A model generated the notes under the pieces. It had not been told where the DNA came from. It was given only the letters and a program-made list of their open reading frames with translations, and searched no databases. Of a DNA stretch of 64,000 nt, positions 1 through 6,589 are shown in pieces. The DNA lies in the IMG/VR virus record IMGVR_UViG_3300042471_000228, positions 1 to 64,000 of that record, one strand, 5' to 3'. Within the stretch, counting starts at the first letter, position 1. Each line of letters opens with the position of its first letter. The translations under genes were made by a program, and so were the position numbers. This stretch comes from a virus.

Positions 1-382
1 TGATGAATTAAAACATACTATTCTTAGTACTCCAGTAGCTCCACAAGAAGCATTTCCTGTAAACATCCCGGAGACAGATCCTAATCAAATAAACATCTTT
101 GATGTTATTTCAGAAGAAGAGGAGTTACATGTAGATATGACTAATGATTTATTGATTCCAGACTTTGATAATGTAGAAAATACAGGTTCAGATTTTGACA
201 TTGATAAAGAACCTGTAAATGAACCTGTAATTTTTGACTTTGAAGAAGAAGAAATTCCATTAGATACAGCACCTGTACCTGATGCATTCTATGAAGATGA
301 AGAAAAAGAAGAAAATTCCTTGTCTCAAGCTGAAGAATTCTTTAACTTTGATGGTGATATCCTAGATTTACCAGAATTGTAA
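1..382 (+). CDS. C-terminal part of a highly acidic hypothetical protein (5' truncated by window)
   Basis: The frame of the 137..382 ORF is open back to base 2 (DELKHTILSTPVAPQEAFPVNIPETDPNQINIFDVISEEEELHVD-MTND...), so the gene starts upstream of the window; very D/E-rich tail. Confidence 0.75.
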   Translation, partial: DELKHTILSTPVAPQEAFPVNIPETDPNQINIFDVISEEEELHVDMTNDLLIPDFDNVENTGSDFDIDKEPVNEPVIFDFEEEEIPLDTAPVPDAFYEDEEKEENSLSQAEEFFNFDGDILDLPEL

Positions 383-388
383 AACACG

Positions 389-427
389 AACCCGGGGGGT
401 ATGACTCTTGCATGCCCCCTCTGGGTT
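389..427 (+). terminator. GC-rich stem-loop downstream of first ORF (terminator or RNA-stability hairpin)
   Basis: acccggggggtatg...catgccccctctgggtt forms an imperfect hairpin in an AT-rich intergenic gap; weak U-tract. Confidence 0.45.
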
Positions 428-440
428 CTAACTTAATGTT

Positions 441-971
441 ATGAACAGAATAGAATTTAATAACTTAGTAGATAAGCGCAAAGAACTTATTGAATCTGTA
501 TTAAAAAAGAAAGGTGGCGAGTATGCCAACGAAGCAAATGTTTTTCACAACTTTGAAGAAGGTTCTAAAATGTCTTTCCATAGCAACCGTGAAATGGTAG
601 CATGGGAATACATGATTAAACATCTCCAGTCTATTAAGGATATGATCAGTACTAACACACCGTACTCTGAACACATGATTCGTGAGAAGTTTGGTGATGC
701 TATCAACTATCTTATCTTGATAGAAGCTATGATGCTAGATTCTAATGGTCTACACAATAGATTTTGTGATGCTGTTAAAGAAACTAAAGCAAAAGCTGAA
801 AAGAAGATGGAAGACCTCCGCACTCCTGGACATCTTAGAGGAATGGATCAACTAGGTTTACCTAGAATAACTGCTGATAATCCTCTGACTAAAGCAAATG
901 ATCCGCTAAATAAAATGAAGTTTCAACAACTACCACCTAACTACGATGAGTGGTATTATTCTAGTTACTAA
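441..971 (+). CDS. Nucleotide-modification-associated / all-alpha NTP pyrophosphatase-like protein (DUF1599/Nmad1-like)
   Basis: KKGGEYA..NVFHNF and EKFGDAINYLILIEA patterns resemble this phage family; adjacent to MazG-like gene. Confidence 0.5.
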   Translation: MNRIEFNNLVDKRKELIESVLKKKGGEYANEANVFHNFEEGSKMSFHSNREMVAWEYMIKHLQSIKDMISTNTPYSEHMIREKFGDAINYLILIEAMMLDSNGLHNRFCDAVKETKAKAEKKMEDLRTPGHLRGMDQLGLPRITADNPLTKANDPLNKMKFQQLPPNYDEWYYSSY

Positions 972-972
972 T

Positions 973-1362
973 ATGCAAGACATAATTAATGCTGTAAAGC
1001 AATTTCATGATGTATTCGGACAACACTATGCATCAGAACCAAGTTTAATTAAAGAGAAAGAATACCAACTAAGACATGATCTACAAGCTGAAGAACTATT
1101 TGAATACCTTATGGCATGTCGTGATAACGATTTGGTGGGTATCGCTGATGCTCTTGGTGATCAGTTATATATACTTGTGGGCACCATTCTTAAACACGGT
1201 TTGCAAGACAAGATCGTGGAAGTATTCGAAGAGATACAGAGATCGAACATGAGTAAGTTAGGTGAAGACGGACTACCTATCCTGAGAGAGGATGGAAAAA
1301 TTTTGAAAGGACCTCAATATTCTAAACCTGACATTAAATCTATCCTAGAACAAAAAAAGTAA
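973..1362 (+). CDS. MazG-like / PRA-PH family nucleoside triphosphate pyrophosphohydrolase
   Basis: EELFE..DLVGIADALGDQLY acidic metal-binding helices and SNMSK...REDGKILKG C-terminal signature; start placed at ATG 973 (track ORF starts 946). Confidence 0.85.
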   Translation: MQDIINAVKQFHDVFGQHYASEPSLIKEKEYQLRHDLQAEELFEYLMACRDNDLVGIADALGDQLYILVGTILKHGLQDKIVEVFEEIQRSNMSKLGEDGLPILREDGKILKGPQYSKPDIKSILEQKK

Positions 1363-1438
1363 ACCGTTAAGTTTACTTTTAAGATGATATAGTAAGACTA
1401 TTAGTTTACCGGATTAATTATTCGGTAAACTTTCTTAC
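1355..1438. terminator. Two hairpins at the junction of convergent transcription units
   Basis: Perfect IR aaaagtaaac-cgttaa-gtttactttt (1355-1380) and agtaaga..gtttaccg..cggtaaac..tcttact (1391-1438). Confidence 0.55.
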
Positions 1439-2100
1439 TTTTTTAAAGTCCATCCTGTTTTAGTCATAGTTATTCTTCCCATTTTAATATGATTAAAAGT
1501 AGAAGCTGTTAATCCTGTATATCTTGCCATATCTGTACAAGAAAGATTTTGAGTTTCTTCTGTTTTAATATTTATCCAAGTTAAAGCATTCTTTTTATTT
1601 TTTGAATCTTTCATCTTTTGTCGAGATTCATCTGAATGTTTATAACCTTTAGGATGAATGTATCCTTTACTTTTTTTAGTAATCCAGGCTTTATTAGATC
1701 TGTTCTTTCTTTCCTCTTCAGTTTGGTTTTCTAAAGGATGTTTATTATTGGAATAATAGTTTTTTAAAGAGTTTGATATTTTAATCTTAGTCTCTTCACA
1801 ATGAATACCACCATTACCACCTTCTGTTAAATTATAACCTAATGGTGATATTGTTTCTAAAAGTTTAATGTAATGTTTTTCTTTTTCCCAACATTGTTCA
1901 ATTGAATTACAATATTCTAAAATTTCCCAAGAAAAAGATTCCGCTCCATACTTACGAAGCGCGTTTTTAAAAAGATAGAAATAATCAGTTTTTGACTTAG
2001 ACTTTCTTATATGATTTTGTTTTCTTTCTTCTAAGGTTAATGTTGTATAACCAACATATTTTTTCTGATTGACTTTATTAGTAGCTACGTATATAATCAT
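1435..2100 (-). CDS. GIY-YIG homing endonuclease with NUMOD3-type repeats (free-standing)
   Basis: IIY..N..YVG.T..R..H N-terminus, E(K) and GYN.T.GG motifs, HCEETKIKIS and HSDESRQKM NUMOD3 motifs, C-terminal HTH-like segment. Confidence 0.9.
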   Translation of the reverse strand: MIIYVATNKVNQKKYVGYTTLTLEERKQNHIRKSKSKTDYFYLFKNALRKYGAESFSWEILEYCNSIEQCWEKEKHYIKLLETISPLGYNLTEGGNGGIHCEETKIKISNSLKNYYSNNKHPLENQTEEERKNRSNKAWITKKSKGYIHPKGYKHSDESRQKMKDSKNKKNALTWINIKTEETQNLSCTDMARYTGLTASTFNHIKMGRITMTKTGWTLKK

Positions 2101-2155
2101 AATTGTTGTATACTTACAATATACAACAAATTACTCATAATTACAAAAAGTCTTA

Positions 2156-2302
2156 TCAAGGTCTACCTTGTGATCTATAACGCTTAACGTAGTTCTTACT
2201 TGTTTTTAGTTTACTTGTTTTTTTCTTAGCTACAATCCCCGGGCGCTTCTTACGTGCGCCTGCGGGTGCGTAGTTATTCTTCGCGGTGTTTACTTTCGCC
2301 AT
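2156..2302 (-). CDS. Small basic protein, 48 aa (not in ORF track)
   Basis: MAKVNTAKNNYAPAGARKKRPGIVAKKKTSKLKTSKNYVKRYRSQGRP*; translated by hand; fills the gap in the operon. Confidence 0.7.
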   Translation of the reverse strand: MAKVNTAKNNYAPAGARKKRPGIVAKKKTSKLKTSKNYVKRYRSQGRP

Positions 2303-2403
2303 AGGTTTGGATTCTTAGGTTGTTTAGGTTTTTGTGTGCGAGCTTCTTTGATAATACTATCAAGTTTATTATTCTCGGGTTTGAAAGATGGCTTCTTTTC
2401 CAT
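2290..2403 (-). CDS. Small basic protein, 37 aa (not in ORF track)
   Basis: MEKKPSFKPENNKLDSIIKEARTQKPKQPKNPNLWRK*; ATG overlaps upstream stop (TAATG). Confidence 0.55.
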   Translation of the reverse strand: MEKKPSFKPENNKLDSIIKEARTQKPKQPKNPNLWRK

Positions 2404-2630
2404 TATTTTCTTTTCTTAACAGATCCACCTTTTTTAGCCACACTCATAGAACTAGATGGAGGCATACCTAGTTTCTGTTTCTTTGATTCATTTTCTTTTT
2501 TTGCTTTTTCTAGTGCAGCTTTATTTACAGCATCCACGTTTGATTGCTGTGAAGATTTTGTAGCTGAATTTGTAGATGAACTTTTCTTAGATGTTTGTCC
2601 ACCATTTTGACATTTTTTCATTTTCTTCAT
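2403..2630 (-). CDS. Small Lys-rich protein with xxGG motifs
   Basis: MKKMKKCQNGG...AKKGGSVKKRK; termini resemble 63201..63389. Confidence 0.75.
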   Translation of the reverse strand: MKKMKKCQNGGQTSKKSSSTNSATKSSQQSNVDAVNKAALEKAKKENESKKQKLGMPPSSSMSVAKKGGSVKKRK

Positions 2631-2642
2631 ATACTAATATAA

Positions 2643-2798
2643 TCAAGATCCGCAATATAAACAACCATCATCTTCATTATCATGCCAGTCACCATGTTCT
2701 TCCATGATTTTTTTAACCTCTTCATTGATTTGTTCTTGAGTCCAATCAGGATTCATAGCACGTATCTGTGCTCTTAAAAAATAAAAATTACTGTCCAT
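2643..2798 (-). CDS. 51-aa acidic protein ending in CxxCGS (not in ORF track)
   Basis: MDSNFYFLRAQIRAMNPDWTQEQINEEVKKIMEEHGDWHDNEDDGCLYCGS*; TAATG coupling to upstream gene. Confidence 0.7.
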   Translation of the reverse strand: MDSNFYFLRAQIRAMNPDWTQEQINEEVKKIMEEHGDWHDNEDDGCLYCGS

Positions 2799-3259
2799 TA
2801 GTTTGTTACGATTAGCAAAGTACCCAGTATTAAGGTACTACAAGCTAACCCAAACGTCCAATTCTTAATGGTATTATTTTTAGTTTTTAACACTTCATGA
2901 TCGATAACCAGCTTATTATACTCTTCTATGAGACCATTATACTTTTTACCCAGTTCTTTTTGATCACCTATACAATTATTATACTTAGATGTTAATAACT
3001 TGATCTCTAAATTCTTATCAACAATTCTTTTTTCGAAATCTAGGATTATACTATCTCTTAGAGATACACCTTTAGAATAATAACGTAGATCTACCAATGC
3101 TGTAAGTACAGCACGTTCTTCAACAGGAGTAAGAAATACCCCTGACTGTCCGTTAATTACTAATCTTTGGGGAGTAAATTGACCAGAGACTGTCAAGCTG
3201 CTCATTAGAAGCACGCTTAATAATATCAATGTCTTGGTTGCGCTGATCATTGTTTGCAT
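2798..3259 (-). CDS. Signal peptide + coiled-coil + C-terminal TM protein, spanin-like candidate
   Basis: Hydrophobic leader ending VSG|Q, heptad region, C-terminal WTFGLACSTLILGTLLIV; overlaps upstream gene; in lysis cluster. Confidence 0.55.
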   Translation of the reverse strand: MQTMISATKTLILLSVLLMSSLTVSGQFTPQRLVINGQSGVFLTPVEERAVLTALVDLRYYSKGVSLRDSIILDFEKRIVDKNLEIKLLTSKYNNCIGDQKELGKKYNGLIEEYNKLVIDHEVLKTKNNTIKNWTFGLACSTLILGTLLIVTN

Positions 3260-3527
3260 TATCTAGATCTTTTAAATGTTTAATATGAATTACGCGTAGA
3301 CTATCTACATGTGCTAGACTATCGTGTAGGATTTTCATCTCGAGAGAATCTTGTGTTAGACTATCTAGTGAGATCTTTTCTTTCAGTTGGTTAGTGTGTA
3401 TCTCTAAAGTTCTAACTCTAGACATCTCATAGACAAATAGAGTAGCTATAATACAGATTATTGCAACTATTAGAATGTCCTTAATTAGTCGATTCGGATT
3501 CTCCCTCATTGTTTTCTTCATTACCAT
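3153..3527 (-). CDS. N-terminal TM + coiled-coil protein, i-spanin-like candidate
   Basis: ILIVAIICIIATLFVY TM followed by helical region; lysis cluster context. Confidence 0.5.
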   Translation of the reverse strand: MVMKKTMRENPNRLIKDILIVAIICIIATLFVYEMSRVRTLEIHTNQLKEKISLDSLTQDSLEMKILHDSLAHVDSLRVIHIKHLKDLDNANNDQRNQDIDIIKRASNEQLDSLWSIYSPKISN

Positions 3528-3753
3528 GTTTCTTATTAATCCATTTATCTACTGATGCAATACCAAAGCATGCTACTGTAAGTAGTTTAAAAGAATCAAA
3601 GATAAATTCATTTACTAGTAGAGGCTTATTCAAGATACCTGTGATTATATCTACGATAGCAAATATAATCATTACTATAAACGCACCAAACCCAATAACT
3701 GCTTTTTCATTTAAAGAGTTATTGTCATCAAACATTGTCCAAAACTTTTTCAT
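3481..3753 (-). CDS. Two-TM membrane protein, holin candidate
   Basis: Two hydrophobic helices and charged C-tail; near endolysin. Confidence 0.55.
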   Translation of the reverse strand: MKKFWTMFDDNNSLNEKAVIGFGAFIVMIIFAIVDIITGILNKPLLVNEFIFDSFKLLTVACFGIASVDKWINKKHGNEENNEGESESTN

Positions 3754-4430
3754 TTTTTATATTGTGTTTTATATTTCCAAACTTTCTTTTCTTCTAGTTT
3801 AAGATGAGGTAAGTATTCTATGTTCATTTCATTTCTAAATCTCCACACTGCTTTCTCATCTAATCCATATGCTTTAATAAAGTCTTGATATTTTTTATAG
3901 TCCCGTGGTAACATCTTAGCCATCATGATACCAAAATCATGAGTTGTCATATAGTAATGTGACAAATCCATAAGATACACATTAGTGTTATCTGGATAGC
4001 TTGTGTAAATCAACGTAGGACCAAGCGCCCATTTCCATAGACTATCTTGTAAAGATGAGAACTGTGTATTAATACTGTCTTTATCTGTCTCAATATAAAC
4101 TACTTTCTCGTTGTACTTAGTAATGGTATCAACCTGAGTCTTGATTACTATTTCTTGTTTTAGAATAGTATCCGTTTGAGTTTTGATAATTACTTTTTGC
4201 TTAGTAATAGTATCTTGCTGTGTCTTAACAGTAGTCTTTAACGCATTAAGTTCAGCTTCCATCTCCTTATATTTCTTATTTATAAGGTCAGCTTGATCAG
4301 TAGTCATTACTACTATCCTAGTAACACCATCCTCATCAACTGTGGTATATGGATAATTCTTATTTGATTGGGACAATAAGTTCCCAAGAGTCAATAGGAT
4401 GAGAATTACGAGCAGAGTCAGCTTTTTCAT
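3750..4430 (-). CDS. Secreted coiled-coil protein with 14-aa repeats (lysis accessory candidate)
   Basis: MKKLTLLVILILLTLGNLLS|Q signal peptide; three Q.DTI.K repeats; start placed at 4430 (track 4436). Confidence 0.6.
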   Translation of the reverse strand: MKKLTLLVILILLTLGNLLSQSNKNYPYTTVDEDGVTRIVVMTTDQADLINKKYKEMEAELNALKTTVKTQQDTITKQKVIIKTQTDTILKQEIVIKTQVDTITKYNEKVVYIETDKDSINTQFSSLQDSLWKWALGPTLIYTSYPDNTNVYLMDLSHYYMTTHDFGIMMAKMLPRDYKKYQDFIKAYGLDEKAVWRFRNEMNIEYLPHLKLEEKKVWKYKTQYKK

Positions 4431-4650
4431 ATGCATCTACAGTTGTTTCTAAAACTTCAACCTTCTGAGTTAGTTGGTGATTCTCATTAGTTAGCGCTTG
4501 ATTTTGTTTTGTTAATGTTGTATTCTTTTCTTCTAATGTTACATTCTCTTCTACTACTACTACATGTCCGTTACCTGCCATACCAATGCTTAGAACTACT
4601 AAGCTTACTAAGGCGATTAGAACTCCGTATAGTAAAAGATTCTTCTTCAC
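4360..4650 (-). CDS. N-terminal TM + coiled-coil protein, i-spanin-like candidate
   Basis: TM 5-25 then heptads LEEKNTTLTKQNQALTNENHQL; overlaps downstream gene by ~70 bp. Confidence 0.55.
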   Translation of the reverse strand: MKKNLLLYGVLIALVSLVVLSIGMAGNGHVVVVEENVTLEEKNTTLTKQNQALTNENHQLTQKVEVLETTVDAYEKADSARNSHPIDSWELIVPIK

Positions 4651-4925
4651 TTCTTACTAAGTAATATAATCTCACGTAAATCTCTGAGAGCTTGCGTGTT
4701 ATTGTCTAAAGCACTTTGTATCTTTCCAGTATCTGTTTTAATATAGTCATTAAGTTCTTTCTGCAAATCATCAACTTTCTTTTTCAAAGAATCTTCAGAT
4801 GCTATTTGACGCTTCAACATAAACCATAATACAGCTCCTAAACCTAGTACAATAACTCCAAGAGCTCCATACTGAGTTAGTGTTTCAAATACACCAAAAG
4901 ATGGTGCTGCTTGTAGTAATGTCAT
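4647..4925 (-). CDS. Single-TM holin-like protein (BhlA/UviB-like)
   Basis: FETLTQYGALGVIVLGLGAVLWFMLKR + coiled-coil tail; next to endolysin. Confidence 0.6.
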   Translation of the reverse strand: MTLLQAAPSFGVFETLTQYGALGVIVLGLGAVLWFMLKRQIASEDSLKKKVDDLQKELNDYIKTDTGKIQSALDNNTQALRDLREIILLSKK

Positions 4926-5098
4926 TTATCTTTTTCTTCTAGTTTACGACGTAGACGATCTTGTTCATCCATATTTCTTTTAATAAAGAACCATGCTAAT
5001 GCACCAAGTGCTAATGCTGCTAAACCTAAAGCACCATAGTTTGCTAACTGTTCAAATATTCCAAAACTAGGAACAGCTTGTTCTTGTAAGAGTACCAT
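4922..5098 (-). CDS. 58-aa single-TM holin-like paralogue (not in ORF track)
   Basis: MVLLQEQAVPSFGIFEQLANYGALGLAALALGALAWFFIKRNMDEQDRLRRKLEEKDK*; clear paralogue of 4647..4925; ATGA overlap. Confidence 0.75.
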   Translation of the reverse strand: MVLLQEQAVPSFGIFEQLANYGALGLAALALGALAWFFIKRNMDEQDRLRRKLEEKDK

Positions 5099-5099
5099 A

Positions 5100-5645
5100 T
5101 TAGAATTCTTTCAAAAGTGTATATGTAAACTTCTTGAACCCTGACTTTTTACACTTACTTAGTAACTCTGCAAATTGTTTTGGGTCGTTAAGAACTTGAC
5201 ATCCTGCAGACCATTTATCAATAAGTTTAGATACCATAGTAGGATTAGCACGGTGAATGTTGATACCAAAGATACCAGTCTCAGTTACTGAAGATTCTTC
5301 AGCTACGTCATTCTTGTTACCGTCTCTGAATACAGTTACAGGAGCACATTGTGTTAATGCTTCGTACTTACCTTGGTGCATACCAATCTGCCAACAGTCG
5401 TCCCATTGACCAGGTTTAAGTAACGCTGCACCTTTTGCATTCAACAAATTCTGCAACCAGTGAGTACCGGGGTTAGTAGTACAAGTGTACCAAGTAATAT
5501 TATCTTTTTCTATTACTGCAATAAGATCATCAAACTGATTCTTAAGATTAGCATTAGATCTGATACCTACAAGATGAAATGTAGGGAAATCATAACCGTG
5601 TTTTTTGAACTCTGCTTTAAGTTCGTCTATTGTATACTTTTTCAT
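5100..5645 (-). CDS. Endolysin candidate, YkuD/L,D-transpeptidase-like His-Cys peptidase
   Basis: GINIHRA-x-WSAGCQV catalytic-type motif, FDD and TTNPG motifs; flanked by holin-like genes. Confidence 0.7.
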   Translation of the reverse strand: MKKYTIDELKAEFKKHGYDFPTFHLVGIRSNANLKNQFDDLIAVIEKDNITWYTCTTNPGTHWLQNLLNAKGAALLKPGQWDDCWQIGMHQGKYEALTQCAPVTVFRDGNKNDVAEESSVTETGIFGINIHRANPTMVSKLIDKWSAGCQVLNDPKQFAELLSKCKKSGFKKFTYTLLKEF

Positions 5646-5646
5646 G

Positions 5647-6141
5647 TTATAATAAATTAGGATAAACTCTAAATTCTAACCAAACAACTGTATTATATAT
5701 ACTATATAAAGGATTAGTAAATACTACTTGATACTGAGGAACTGTTTGAAAGCTAGAAGGTTCTATAGTACCAGATGCACCAGTTCCACTAAAACTTGTT
5801 AGAAGTGTGACATTTGTAAAATCTGCAATACTGACGTTATTTTTAAGTACAGTAATACTTGTAGTATAAGTGTCAGTACCAAAATCATAAACATTTGTTT
5901 TAAGAATGTTAAAGTCATTAAAATCTCCTTCTGCTAAATCACTATAAAAGACTTCATATGTTGCATAATTAGTATCTTCTGGATCTGATGTAATTTTCAA
6001 AATATAAGAGTAATACTCTTTTGTAGGAGTCTGATTTGACAGTTGATCATACAAAGCATTGACGTGACCATACCTAGCAACTTGAGAATCGCTAGGTTTA
6101 GAGAAGTACTTCTTAAAGTTGAATATGTCTATGAAAGCCAT
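5647..6141 (-). CDS. Putative virion decoration/fibre protein
   Basis: Shares 31-aa N-terminus with 6143..6541; beta-rich C-terminus. Confidence 0.55.
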   Translation of the reverse strand: MAFIDIFNFKKYFSKPSDSQVARYGHVNALYDQLSNQTPTKEYYSYILKITSDPEDTNYATYEVFYSDLAEGDFNDFNILKTNVYDFGTDTYTTSITVLKNNVSIADFTNVTLLTSFSGTGASGTIEPSSFQTVPQYQVVFTNPLYSIYNTVVWLEFRVYPNLL

Positions 6142-6142
6142 C

Positions 6143-6541
6143 TTAGTTGATAATTAAATAGTTAAGAACTACATCTTCAGCGTCAATAGAATCATCATTA
6201 TGTAATACAATATGGACATCACCTGTTCCTGCAGATCTTGTTGTAGCAACTAATGCAGCATCATTTGAAGAACCAATTGTCAATAAAATAACTGAGCTTG
6301 GTAATATTTCTGTACTTGCTAAGTTGAAAGAAGCTCCACCCATATCAATATCACCTAAAAAAGTAATCACTCCAGCTTTTGTAGTTACAGTCAAATCTCC
6401 CTCAGTAATATCAAAATCATAAGAACCTACTGTAATCTTTAAATTTGTGTATAAAGCATTCACGTGTCCGTAACGTGCTACTTGTGAGTCACTTGGTTTA
6501 GCAAAGTATTTCTTGAAGTTAAAGATGTCGATAAAAGCCAT
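6143..6541 (-). CDS. Putative virion decoration/fibre protein
   Basis: Shares 31-aa N-terminus with 5647..6141; different beta-rich C-terminus. Confidence 0.55.
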   Translation of the reverse strand: MAFIDIFNFKKYFAKPSDSQVARYGHVNALYTNLKITVGSYDFDITEGDLTVTTKAGVITFLGDIDMGGASFNLASTEILPSSVILLTIGSSNDAALVATTRSAGTGDVHIVLHNDDSIDAEDVVLNYLIIN

Positions 6542-6559
6542 GATGTTTATTCTTAATAG

Positions 6560-6582
6560 TTTACATATATAATATACAAAAG
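6560..6582 (-). promoter_or_regulatory. Putative phage promoter motif (TTTGTATATTATATA)
   Basis: Similar motif recurs in most minus-strand intergenic gaps (see findings). Confidence 0.5.
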
Positions 6583-6589
6583 ATTTACA

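Noticed and set aside
1355-1438. Group I intron 3' core (aagatgatatagt between two hairpins, next to a GIY-YIG gene)
   Set aside because: The S-like element is on the strand opposite the endonuclease, reads TAGTA rather than TAGTC, and no interrupted gene or P/Q elements are evident; an Infernal search would settle it.
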